The position numbers and the translations under genes were made by a program. Positions 1 to 14,862 of a stretch of 34,627 bases of DNA are shown here, one piece after another. The first letter of the stretch is position 1. Every line of letters begins with the position of its first letter. The DNA comes from Octopus sinensis (lineage: Eukaryota), in NCBI RefSeq assembly GCF_006345805.1, contig NW_021829915.1, positions 1-34,627 on the forward strand, in the 5' to 3' direction. Under the pieces are notes generated by a model. The model saw only the letters and a list, made by a program, of their open reading frames with translations. It was not told the origin of the DNA and made no database searches.

Positions 1-280
1 GGAATAGTTGAGAAGAAACAAAGATTTAATTAAGAATATATATTTTGCATATATTTCAATCCAATTGTGAGCCTTAGCGTAGAAAATAAAACCGATATGA
101 TCGATGTTATGATATGATTCAAGCTAAGTACCTACTACTAGACTTTGTATATTGGTTCCCATCTCTTCACGGCTCCCTCACAAGTTTTACGCGACTTTCA
201 ACCCTACTCATACACACATGCTCTCTTTCTCTTTGGGAACCTACATGTCTCTCTTTTTACAAACATCTCCGTGTCCCCAT

Positions 281-690
281 CTCTCTCTCTCGGTTCCTCT
301 CTCTCTCTCTATTCGTCTCTCTCTCTCTCTTTCTCTTTCGGTTCCTCTCTCTCTATCTCGGTTCCTCTCTTTCTCTCTCTCTCTCGGTTCCGCTCTCTCT
401 CTCTCTCTCGGTTCCGCTCTCTCTCTCTCTCTCGGTTCCGCTCTCTCTCTCTCTCCCTCTCTCTCGGTTCATCTCTCTCTCTCTCGGTTTCCCTCTCTGT
501 CTCTCGGTTCCTCTCTCTCTCTTTCGTCTTCTCTCCCTCTCTTTCTTCCTCTCTCTCTCGGTTCCTCTCTCTCTCATTCTTCCTCTCTCTCTCGGTTCCT
601 CTCTTTGTCTCTCTCGGTTCCCCCCTCTCTCGCTCTCTCGGTTCCTCTCCCTCTCTCTCCTTCTCTCTCTTGGTTTCTCTCTGATGGTTT
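281..690. repeat. Compound (CT)n minisatellite punctuated by CGGTT(C) spacers
   Basis: 13 copies of CGGTT counted (291, 339, 359, 385, 409, 433, 465, 485, 505, 559, 593, 615, 639), separated by (CT)n tracts, mostly 20-26 bp apart. It explains the S/L- and R/E-rich ORFs here. Confidence 0.9.
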
Positions 691-780
691 CCCCCTCATT
701 CCCATTCACTGATGATTAATGTTGGTGTTTATTAGAAATATTAGAAACTGCTTTTATCAACAAAGCTAAACGTTCGCAAT

Positions 781-905
781 AGCTGAGATAATACCACCAC
801 CACCAACAACAACAACAGCACACACACACACACACACCACACACACACACCACACACACACAACACCACACACACACACATCACACATACACACACACGC
901 ACGCA
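781..905. repeat. (CAC)n/(CAA)n/(CA)n microsatellite
   Basis: Direct reading. Confidence 0.9.
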
Positions 906-1194
906 CAATCAGCTGTGTTTCTCTCTCCCGCCCTCTCCACCTATACATAAATACACATACGACTTGCATAAACCTCCACGTACACAATTGCGCATATTCA
1001 CACGCATACATGTCGAGTATAACATACATGCATTACACAACGTGCGTGTGCGACTGTGATCGATTGATTATATTGGTGAGTAATTACTTATAGGTAAATA
1101 ATATTCATGCATATCTGCATTTTTATATTTCCCTTCCTACCTCTCCCCCATCTCTCCCTCTCTGTCTCGCAATCCCCCCTCTCAGAATCCCTCT

Positions 1195-1473
1195 CTTATT
1201 TTTTACAGCCCACAATGGGCTACACACAGAGGGGACAAACAAGGACAGTAGAACGGGTTAAGTCGATTACATCTACCCCAGTCCGTAACTGGTACTTATT
1301 TAATCGACCCCGTAAGGATGAAAGGCAAAGTCGACCTCGGCGGAATTTGAACTCAGAACGTAGCGGCAGACGAAATACCTATTTCTATTTCTTTACTACC
1401 TACAAGGGGCTAAACATAGAGGGGACAAACAAGGACAGACAAACGGATTAAGTCGATTATATCGACCCCAGTG
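1195..1473 (-). mobile_element. tRNA-derived SINE family A, head-less tandem dimer
   Basis: Minus strand reads ggtatttcgtctgccgctacgttctgagttcaaattccgccgaggtcgactttgcctttcatcc (B box GAGTTCAAAT) plus the tail gtctgtccttgtttgtcccctct. Units are ~1195-1379 and 1380-1473. Same family as 4451-4655 and 21339-21753. Confidence 0.85.
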
Positions 1474-1505
1474 CTGACATCCTAACCACTAAGTCACGCG
1501 CCTCC
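1474..1505 (-). mobile_element. Isolated SINE tRNA head (A box) fused to a family-A tail
   Basis: Minus strand ggaggcgcgtgacttagtggttaggatgtcag resembles the family-B head ggaggcgcaatggcccagtggttagg and is joined directly to cactggggtcgat of family A. Confidence 0.6.
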
Positions 1506-1622
1506 GCATCTATGTATTAGCTATACTTATAACGATAGAGACTATGGAGAGTGGTACATCCTCAACATTTATTTCCTCTTATTTTACAATGTCATACAGC
1601 ATATCTGTAATGGTTACGGCAA

Positions 1623-1991
1623 GTGGAGGCGCAATGGCCCAGTGGTTAGGGCAGCGGACTCGCGGTCATGGGATCGCGGTTTCGATTGTGAGTATTTATT
1701 GAGCGAAAACACCTAAAGCTCCAAGAGGCTCCGGCAGGGGATGGGGGTGATCCCTGCTGTACTCTTTCACCACAACTTTCTCTCACTCTTACCTCCTGTT
1801 TCTGTTCTACCTGTATTTCAAAGGGCCGGCCTTGTCACTCTCTGTGTCACGCTGAATATCCCCGAGAACTACGTTAAGGGTACACGTGTCTGTGGAGTGC
1901 TCAGCCACTTACACGTTAATTTCACGAGCAGCCTGTTCCGTTGATTCGGATCAACGGGAACCCTCATCGTCGTAACCGACGGAGTGCTTCC
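1623..1991 (+). mobile_element. tRNA-derived SINE family B (tail type 1) with target-site duplication
   Basis: A box TGGCCCAGTGG and B box GGTTTCGATT. Flanked by AATGGTTACG(G/A)C(A/G)A at 1609-1622 and 1992-2005. Head and core shared with 27064-27428. Confidence 0.88.
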
Positions 1992-2539
1992 AATGGTTAC
2001 GACGATCTACGCGTGTTCCTACGGTGCAGAGTATGGTCGAGTCTCATATGGAACCGGGTATAATTTTCTGTGCAGTTTCGTTCAGGGTCTTTCAACCATC
2101 TTGGCTCGAAGCGAACACACACACACAAACACACACATACACACACACACAAACACACACACAAACACACATTGTAAAGTGCAGATAACGGTGGATGTAC
2201 AAGGAATGTGCTAGAAAAAGCATTTTCATAAAGTTCTCAAGTAGACGATTCTAGCAACATCATATCTGAATTTATCAAAAGAAATTTTGCAATACTTCTA
2301 TGAAATAATTCGGAAATTCTTAAAAATTCTTCTATTCTTTTGAGATATCAAACGAATTGTATGTGAAAATTTACAAAATGTCTCTGAAAAATTAAGAAAA
2401 TTTCGTGTAAAGGTAGTTCCGGCAAATCTGCATATCAATGGAGTGAGTCTCAATATAAAAAAAATGATTTGCTTCTTTCCTCTGAATATAACTTATATTT
2501 CAACCCCATATTCCCAGTTTATATTAAATATATAAATTC

Positions 2540-2944
2540 ACTAGCAGTATCGTCCGGCGTTGCATGGGCTTGTTTCGACCCTTTAGAATTGGAATTTTTG
2601 GAAACTAAAAATTTTGCATGATGTAGCTTGTTATTCTCTTTAAGTGAACATTTTTCTGGTTGAAATACACCGAAAAATGGCGACACAGCAGTCAAAATAT
2701 CGTAAAACAATAGGGATTTTCATAGAAAAAAAACACCTTTTTGATGTAAATAATTTTTGGTGTTAACATGGTCCGATTTGAATTATTTCTTCTACGTAAG
2801 AAAGAGCAGGCCTTCTTCTATCATACTCTCAATTTTTGTCAACTTGCGCCGCAGTGTCTCGGAGGAGATAGTGTTAGTTGAAGGCTAACAAACCTGCCAT
2901 ACACAGACAACTCCAGCCTGCCGTTAATTTCGTACTTTTATATC
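2540..2944 (+). mobile_element. Non-autonomous Helitron-like (Lep1/DINE-1 style) element, tentative
   Basis: Starts ACTAGCAGTATCGTCCGGCGTTGC, resembling the ACTAG..GCCCG start of Lep1-type elements. Ends with gtctcggaggagatag..acacagaca..ttttatat. No ORF. The resemblance is from recall, not a search. Confidence 0.5.
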
Positions 2945-3009
2945 TTCTATATCTTAGCCTTTATTATCGTTATCGGTTTTGTATTATCTTTATTGTGTAG
3001 GTCTATAAA

Positions 3010-3199
3010 TGGCTGTGTATTGCAACCATGTTCAGTAGAACTGCGTGGCAACTTGGACAGGTTTTTTTCTACTATAGCTTTGAGTGAATCCGGTAGATGA
3101 CAACATAGAGAAGCCCGTCATACACATACATGCATTTACACACATTCACACACACATACACGCACACGTACATACATTCATGCATACGTACATACATAC

Positions 3200-3241
<42 letters not shown>

Positions 3242-3405
3242 CTATATGTGTGTGTCTTCATGTTTGTGACTGTCCCCTGCACCGCTTGTCAGTCGGTGTT
3301 GGTTTGTCTACGCCCCATAACTTTGCAATTAGGTAAATAACCGATATAATACGTACAAGTCTTTAAAAAATAAGTATTAGGTCGATTTCTCCCACTGAAG
3401 CCCTT
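3010..3405 (+). mobile_element. SINE family C, degenerate copy
   Basis: Contains ctgcgtggcaacttggacag..ctactatagc..gagtgaatccggtaga..gaagcccgtc, an internal (CA)/(TG) tract and gtcgatt near the end. Homologous to 3482-3974. Confidence 0.7.
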
Positions 3406-3481
3406 TAGGGCGATTTTCCATCATAGCCATAATACAATAATTGAAAGAAGTAAAGGAAAATATATTTGATTACTGAAAAGT

Positions 3482-3678
3482 GCAGGCGTGGCTGTGTGGT
3501 AAGTAGCTTGATTACGAACCACATGGTTGTGGGTTCAGCCCCACTGCGTGGCACCTTGGGCAAGTGTCTTCTACTATAGCCTCGGGTCGACCAAAGCCTT
3601 GTGAGTGGCTTTGGTAGACGGAAACTGGAAGAAGCCTGTTGTATGTATGTATATATATAATATATATACATACATATA

Positions 3679-3757
<79 letters not shown>

Positions 3758-3974
3758 TGTGTGTGTGTGTGTTTGTGTGTCTGTGTTTGTCCCCCAACAT
3801 CACTTGACAACCGATGATGGTGTGTTTACGTCCCCGTAACTTAGCGGTTCGGCAAAAGAATCCGATAGAATAAGTACTAGGCTTACAAAGAATAACTCGT
3901 GGGGTCGATTAATTCGACTGAACATTCTTCAGGGGTGTGCCCCAGCATGGCTGCAGCTGATGACTGAAAGAAAA
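3482..3974 (+). mobile_element. tRNA-derived SINE family C, near full length, with internal (TA)n(TG)n
   Basis: Head gcaggcgtggctgtgtggtaag, B-box-like ggttcagccc, core ccttgggcaagtgtcttctactatagcc, 3' part gatagaataagtactagg..ggggtcgat..cagcatggctgcag..tgactgaaa. Confidence 0.88.
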
Positions 3975-4343
3975 CCTTTTTTTTACATTTATTTACACAA
4001 AATATTTATTTACGTTTCTCCATTTTCCAATTTTTCAACACATTCCATTAATTTAATTTTATTTTATTTACTTTATTTACTATTTTAACACATTTTACTT
4101 TATCAAATTACTGAAAAATTTTCTCTTCCCGCTCTTCACTACGCTTTTCCTTATTGAATATTGCACTCACTCTTACTTTTCAACACTCGACCCCTCAAGA
4201 TTTTTATCTTCACAGCCCCAAATATATGAGTTATGTTTTACTTGACACCGCTCATAAAGATTTAACACCTCCTTCTTGTTTATGTCCTCCATTCTATATT
4301 TAATTAACTCCCGACTGTCTCTCTCTCCCTTCTTCTCTCTTTG

Positions 4344-4437
<94 letters not shown>

Positions 4438-4450
4438 GATCTATCTATCT
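4344..4450. repeat. (TATC)n microsatellite, block 1
   Basis: Direct reading. Confidence 0.95.
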
Positions 4451-4655
4451 TATTACTTATTTCTTACTACAGAGAGGACAAAGGGATTTAGTCGATTATA
4501 TCGACCCCAGTGCGTAACAGGTACTTATTCAATCGACCCCGAAAAGATGAAAGGCAAAGTAGACCTCGGCGGAATTTGAACTCAGAACGTAGTGGCAGAC
4601 GGAATACCGCTCAGCACTTAACCCGGCGTGCTAATGTTTCTGCCAGCTCGCCGCC
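4451..4655 (-). mobile_element. SINE family A with intact head, inside the (TATC)n array
   Basis: Minus strand ggcggcgagctggcagaaacattagcacgccggg..gttctgagttcaaattccgccgagg..ggggtcgatataatcgact. (TATC)n lies on both sides. Confidence 0.88.
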
Positions 4656-4660
4656 TTCTT

Positions 4661-8478
<3,818 letters not shown>

Positions 8479-8520
8479 TATCTATTTATCTATCTATCTA
8501 TCTATCAATCTATCTATCTT

Positions 8521-8582
<62 letters not shown>

Positions 8583-8583
8583 A

Positions 8584-8647
<64 letters not shown>

Positions 8648-8648
8648 G

Positions 8649-8724
<76 letters not shown>

Positions 8725-8730
8725 CCTATC
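8479..8730. repeat. (TATC)n microsatellite, block 3 (3' flank of the LINE)
   Basis: Direct reading; same orientation as blocks 1 and 2. Confidence 0.95.
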
Positions 8731-9029
8731 TCTCATAATATTAGGCATACTTTCTTCTCCGCCCTTGCTGTATGTACGTGCATCCCTGTTTGAGCTTGTA
8801 TGAGATAACGTCCTTCTTTAAGTGTGTGTGTGTGTGTTGTGTGTGTGTGTGTGTGCGCGTCTGTGCGTGCTCATCTCTGACTCTCCTTATCTGTCCCTCT
8901 CCTCATCCAGCTTCCACTTCTGCCAATCACTATTTTTTTCCTGACGGCTTATACATTATTCAAATGTCGCTTACATTTATTTATTCATTTAATCCTTTAA
9001 TTTCTTTTTGTTCAGATGTTAGAATGTCA

Positions 9030-9240
9030 GTTTCAAATTTTGGCACAGGGCCAGCAATTTCGGAGGGAGTGGAGTAAGTCGATTACACCGATTTCCAGTC
9101 CCATTCCCAGTAATCAACTAGTACTTATTTTATTGATGCAGAAAGGATGGAAGACAAATTCGATCTCCACGGATTTGGACTCAAAACGTGAGGACGGACG
9201 AAATGCCACTAAGTACTTTGATCACCGTGCTAACAATTTA
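9030..9240 (-). mobile_element. SINE family A (alternative tail), degenerate
   Basis: Minus strand gttagcacggtg..ggcatttcgtccgtcctcacgttttgagtccaaatcc..tgtaatcgacttactcc..aaattgctggccctgtgccaaaatttgaaac. Confidence 0.75.
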
Positions 9241-9254
9241 AGTGCAGCGATTTG

Positions 9255-9480
9255 GGCGAATCATTAGCAAGCTGGACAAAATGCTTCGCGCTATTTCGCC
9301 TATCGCTGCGTTCTGAGTTCAAATTGTGCCGAGGTCGACTTTGCCCTCCGTCTTTTCGGTGTCGATAAATTAAGTACCCGTGAAACACTGTGGTTGATGT
9401 AATCGACTCATTCCCCTCCCTCAAAACTGTTGCCCTTATGACAACATTTGAAACCGTTATTATTATTGTTGTTGTTGTTG
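9255..9480 (+). mobile_element. SINE family A (alternative tail) ending in (ATT)n/(GTT)n
   Basis: gttctgagttcaaattgtgccgaggtcgactttgcc..gtcgataaattaagtacc..gttgatgtaatcgactcattcccctcccctcaaaa..tttgaaacc followed by ttattattatt. Confidence 0.8.
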
Positions 9481-9529
9481 AGTGAGAGGGCAACGCATGT
9501 CATCAAAATGACACTGGGGTACAAATATA

Positions 9530-10033
9530 CGAGTGTGGGTCTGGAGACCCCGTGATCAAGAATTTGATGTGAAAAGATTGCTCCAACAATGAAACACGGA
9601 AGCTTTTCCGTGATGATCTGGGGAGCAATTTGGAGCAATGGTTGATCAGAGTTGGTGGAGTGTGAGGGAAACAAACTCAGATAAATATGTGTTCATGTTG
9701 CAGAAAGGATTCCTTCCAATCTCCTCCAGTGGTGAAATGATTAAAGAAGACTCTTTATTCATGGAAGATGGGACTCCTTGTCACACAGCTAAAATGACCC
9801 AAGATTTGTTGGATGACAATAGCATTAAAAAGCTTCCATGGCCAAACCAATCACCAGATATGAACACCTTTGGGACGTAATGGACAGGATACTTCATAAA
9901 AAGAACAAGAAAGCATCTTCAAGGCTAGGTCTTTTGAGATTACTGCATGAAACGTGGCAAGAAATTCTGCAAGAGAATATTCTAATAGGGTCTTGCCTTG
10001 AAAAATGCAAAGGGCATGTCTACTAAATATTAA
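9530..10033 (+). pseudogene. Tc1-family (DD34E) transposase, C-terminal relic
   Basis: Stitched translation RVWVWRPRDQEF..PTMKHGSFSVMIWGAI..KYVFML..FMEDGTPCHTAK..LPWPNQSPDMN-HLWDVM..ETWQEI..KGMSTKY*. These are typical Tc1 catalytic-domain motifs. Stops and frameshifts are present. Confidence 0.88.
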
Positions 10034-10109
10034 ATATTCACATTATAAGAATTAATGAATAATTTGAATGCATAATTTCAGATTTAAATACATTTTATGT
10101 TTATAAGGG

Positions 10110-10740
10110 TATCGAGCTGATATGCTCCTAATTTTTTCTCCTCCTCTGATCACAGCGGTACTCTCATCCGAGATATTTATACCGATCTTAAACGTATGTG
10201 TGTGCGTTTGGGTCTATGTGTATGTGTGTGTGTATGTAAGGGTATTTGCTTCTGTCATGTCTGTGTACATCATGACGATCCTTTATCAAACCATCCACGT
10301 GGGAATCAATCTGACAGCTCTCACGTTTCCTATTGAACGCTGTAACGCTGTATAAAGAAATTGCCATTTTTAGCCTTTCTAAGTTGTCACTCGTGATTTT
10401 TGTCAAGCTAAGTATGTACTACTGATGTTATGGCGGAATCATTTCATCACTGACGTCACATCACTCAAAATATACTCTCACAAACACACGCATGCGCACA
10501 CACATATACATCCTCGTGCACTGATTTTCACACACATATGCTCAAATACAAGGCCACACAAACATTTATACATACAACACACACCAAACAACTATCCCAC
10601 ACAGACATATACAGATATACACGCACGCACATACACATAGATCCAAACGCACACACACACAAGATCGGTATAAATATCTCGGATAGGAGTACTGCTGTGA
10701 TCAGAGGAGAAGAAAAAATTAGGAGCATATCAGTGCGATA
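10110..10740. repeat. Long inverted repeat (~125-bp arms, ~380-bp spacer); MITE-like or inverted duplication
   Basis: 10117-10189 matches the reverse complement of 10661-10733 at 69/73 positions by hand count. Similarity extends into (TG)-rich sequence, and TA lies at both outer ends. Confidence 0.85.
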
Positions 10741-10894
10741 TCTGTACTTCATTCAGTTCCCTCCAAACATATCTAATAGATTCATATCCATCCATCCATG
10801 CAGTCATCCATTCGTTCATACATTGAGGCACACATACATACGTACATCATACATACATGCATGGTATACACACATTTATATGTGGAGACATAAA

Positions 10895-11040
10895 AAACAC
10901 ACACGCACACACACACGTGCCCACACACACACACGTGCCCACACATACACACGTGCCACACACACACACGTGCCCCTACACACACACGTGCCCACACACA
11001 CACACAAACACACACATCTATATCTGTATCTATCTATCGA

Positions 11041-11134
<94 letters not shown>

Positions 11135-11170
11135 AATATATATATCTATCTATACATCTATCTATCTATC
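10895..11170. repeat. Compound repeat: (CA)n-CGTGCC minisatellite, then (TATC)n and (TA)n
   Basis: Five cacacacgtgcc units at about 10905-10995, followed by tetra- and dinucleotide tracts. Confidence 0.85.
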
Positions 11171-11172
11171 CA

Positions 11173-11533
11173 TTCTTTTATTTGCTTCAATCATTTGACT
11201 GCGGCCATGCTGTAGCACCAACTTTAGTCGAACAAATTGACCCCAGGTTTTAACCTTTGTAAGCTGAACTGCTAAGTTACGGAGACATAAACACATGAAT
11301 ATCGCTTGTCAAGTGATGGTTGGGGGACAAGCATACACGTGCATACACACACACATACAAACACACACACACACACATGACGGGCTTCTTTCAGTTTCTA
11401 TCCACGAAATCCACTCACAAGGCTTTGATCGAGCCGAACCTAGGGGAGAAGGCAGTTGACCAACGAGCCACGGAGTGGGACTGAAACTGGAAACATGTGG
11501 TTGAGAACAAGCTTCTTACCACACATCCACGCC
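11173..11533 (-). mobile_element. SINE family C, degenerate
   Basis: tcatttgactgcggccatgctg..gacgggcttctttcagtttc..aaatccactcacaaggcttt..gcttcttaccacac is the reverse complement of family C. Confidence 0.8.
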
Positions 11534-12954
11534 ATAAAATATATATGTGTGTGTCCATGTGTGTGTGTGATGTGCATGATATTTCTCATGATTACTGTTA
11601 GATTTATTGCTACTATTAGTGAATTTACGCATCCACATACAGTATCGTCATCCTGTCTACATCCAGTAAAATGGAACTATGTTAGCATAACATAATAAAG
11701 TGTTTCTCCGAAAAACTGTTCTGGAACCGCATCCAGTTGCACAATAAATACTCGCTGTAGTGGATACAACTAGCCTGAATGGTGAAACATGAGTAGAGAA
11801 CAAGTGGTATAAACTGCATTGCATCTTGTGCGTGCGTGTGTGTGTATGTATGTATGTATGTATGTATGTATGTATGTATGTATGTATGTGAGTGTGTTCG
11901 TATGTTGTTTAAGTATGCCACGTATGTATAATTATGCATAATTCTGTATTTTTATCCTGCAAGCTATAATTCGTCACAACCAGTTTTCGAGATATACAAA
12001 ACTTCTAATAACCGAATGTTCTCTGCTGTATCCTGTTATCTAAGAGTTAAATGCCACCGAAATATAAATCATATCGTGAAGACTAGTAAAAGCATCAATG
12101 TCTAACTTTGAGACACAGATAAAGTTTTAGCACATAAAATCTAGAACAAGTTCAATTCACAGAACATTTGAATGTCATATCATATCCTTGTCACGCACCA
12201 CTGAATTCACCGTATTTTCGCTTTATAGCATGCGTGGATTTGCGAGGAACAGTGTTATTGGTTTTACAGTTCCAATGAACCATTAAAGGTTCATTACATA
12301 TGACACGTCATGGGAACATGAATCGATAACATTAAATGAAAGAGGAAATAATATTTTATCCTTCCAAATCCCTAAGCCAAGAATATTGGAAATGAACAAG
12401 AATAGGTGTTCGAATGGGCAATTAATCTGATGGCCCGTGTCACCTTTTCGTGTCTGGCTGGACGTAGAATTCTCTATGAGATCTTCCCCACTCACTTCGC
12501 CAACTTTAAATTTCAATCCTACTGGTTCCATTCTTGTCCAAACTAGTAAACTTGGTTGGGGGAATCAAATAGCATTCGACCATGATATAGATTGTACTTT
12601 GACAGTTATTAACATAACGGTATTAATAATAGCATTTAGAGACTGATCGGAATGTATCGATCAAAATTATGAAGTAAATATTTCAAATGTGTGTCTGGAA
12701 TTACTGAAATACATATTCTCACCTGGCTAAATGCGAAAATTAGATAGAAACATATATAAACGTATATAAACGAACTAACAAGGGAGCGTTGAAACAGGTG
12801 AAGATAGCAACTAAATGGGCGTTAAGTGACAAGCTATCATTTTAAAAATATAGAAGGGCGCATTAGGTAGATTTGAAGTTTTAGATTCAGGTCTCATTCT
12901 ATTATTGAATAATTGGTTTCTGCTGTGGGACTGCGGCAATAATGAAATATCACA

Positions 12955-13046
12955 TATGTGTATGTATGTATGTATGTATGTATGCATGTATGTATGTATG
13001 TATGTATGTATGTATGTATGTATGCATGCATGTATGTATGTATGTA

Positions 13047-13077
<31 letters not shown>

Positions 13078-13158
13078 ATGTGTGTATGTATGTATGTGTG
13101 TATGTATGTATGTATGTATGTATGTGTGTGTGCATGTATGTATATATATATATATGTA

Positions 13159-13233
<75 letters not shown>

Positions 13234-13264
13234 TTGTCTGTCTGTCTATCTATCTATCTATCTA

Positions 13265-13295
<31 letters not shown>

Positions 13296-13304
13296 ATATA
13301 TATT

Positions 13305-13367
<63 letters not shown>
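12955..13367. repeat. Compound (TATG)n-(TATC)n-(TA)n microsatellite
   Basis: Direct reading. Confidence 0.95.
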
Positions 13368-13844
13368 AGTGGCGACTCCGGTACTAGGGATGTTCTGGCT
13401 TAGCCTGTGTATAAATTCAGTAAACTGAACGTGTATTTGCAAGCTGATTTAATATCTGCCAACACTGACTTCAAGTACGTAAATTCAGCCAATAACTTTG
13501 GGGCTCGTTTTATTGAGCCTAGTTGCAGTTCATTTATTTTCGTTCAGCGTCTGGCGGTCGTTTAAGAGGTGCCCACATCGCTGATGTTTGTTCTACACTC
13601 CGGTCGTTATTTTATTGCTGTTATTCTGTGCGTCTGTATGTAAAGATCAGTTGTCTTTTGCAGGGTTGCTTTATTTTTTACCCTTTACTTAGAAATGGAG
13701 AACGACATAGAGCTAGATATAGAAAAAAATAAACCATTTGGGGCTAGAAATATTGCAGAAAAACGAAAAATTCTTCGAGCAGCACGTGTCTTATGCGAAG
13801 TCTGTGATGAACCCGAGTGACGCTGATGACCTGGCGTCACATCT

Positions 13845-13930
<86 letters not shown>

Positions 13931-13984
13931 TATCTATATATATATAAGCATATACATACATAGAATAAATTTTGTACATATTTT

Positions 13985-14150
13985 TATCTATTTGTTTCAG
14001 TCATTGAGGTGTGGCTATACTGGGGCAACGCTTGGAAGAGCTTTAGATGAACCACTAAATATTTTTAAGCCTAAGAGTTATTCTATCGTCTCTTTTGCTA
14101 AAGCACTAGATAGCAGCAACGTAAACAAACCAGCACCGGTAATTAAGTAG
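13985..14150 (-). mobile_element. SINE family C, 3' fragment, old
   Basis: tttgtttcagtcattgaggtgtggctatactgg..ttattctatcgtctcttttgct..cgtaaacaaaccagcaccgg. Confidence 0.6.
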
Positions 14151-14825
14151 TTTTGGTACAAACAGGAACCTCGTCACGCGTTTGGATATAGAATAACAGA
14201 ATATGTTACAAACAGATGGTTTCTAATTTTTAGTCCTCCATTTGTCAACTCAGCTCAGGTGTTGTTGGTCTGGCGGCGTTATCAGTTATTTTTCTTAGTT
14301 TTGGGGCGGAGGTACATGTAAAAGATGTAGGTAGGCAGCAATCGCCACCTGGAAGCTATAGCATGGTTCATTTAGCGACGTCTTTTCGTTGCATTTGTTG
14401 GTACACATGGCAGAGGAGAGTGTTGTCGCGGCTTAGTGGACAGCCTTTTCATGGAATTAATCAGATTTGGTGATATCGGATTAAAATTTGGTGATGATCC
14501 GTTGGATTGTCCGCATGGATAGGATCGTAGCTTATACAGGCAGCAGGGTACCCTGCCTTGAGTATGGAGCAGTAGGCCTCAGGTGGTATATCTTGGATTG
14601 TTGGCTTTCAGTGACTTGAAGTTTATTAAGAGTTGGCAGTGCCATAAGTTAATCCGATAAAATGGCTTCGTTGTATTCATTTCGGATCCCTGTGCTTTGA
14701 GTTCAAATCCCGCCAATTTAAGCATTACCCCTTTTTGAGTTTACAGCGTTATAAAATCTATCCAATTACTAAAATACCATTTTAGTAATTGGATGAATTC
14801 TTCTTTTTCCTTTCTTTCTCTCTCT

Positions 14826-14862
<37 letters not shown>

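Noticed and set aside
114-719. 201-aa and overlapping S/L- or R/E-rich ORFs
   Set aside because: Translations of the (CT)n-CGGTT repeat; all frames are open because the repeat lacks stops.
1623-1690. tRNA-like A and B boxes (also 3482, 4600-4655, 27064, 28770-28831)
   Set aside because: These are SINE heads: no complete cloverleaf, and each continues into a SINE body.
4060-4320. Minus-strand peptide ..RELIKYRM..SYIWGC.. vaguely like a LINE C-terminus
   Set aside because: Too short and frameshifted, with no diagnostic motif.
10122-10752. Two ORFs with the near-identical peptide LLIFS(P/S)PLITAVL(S/L)SEIFIPIL on opposite strands
   Set aside because: A by-product of the inverted repeat, not a gene pair.
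12283-12646. Non-repetitive ORFs of 82 aa (minus) and 69 aa (plus)
   Set aside because: No recognisable motif, upstream in-frame stop, and no convincing splice sites. BLASTX or RNA-seq would be needed.
13694-13820. Short ORF MENDIELDIEKNKPFGARNIAEKRKILRAARVLCEVCDEPE after a pyrimidine tract and AG
   Set aside because: No good donor site and no recognisable homology; another frame is equally open.
14165-14230. Minus-strand CAAACGCGTG, resembling a Penelope hammerhead 3' half
   Set aside because: No CUGANGA and no stems; too decayed to call. The adjoining 14180-14660 looks repeat-like but could not be classified.
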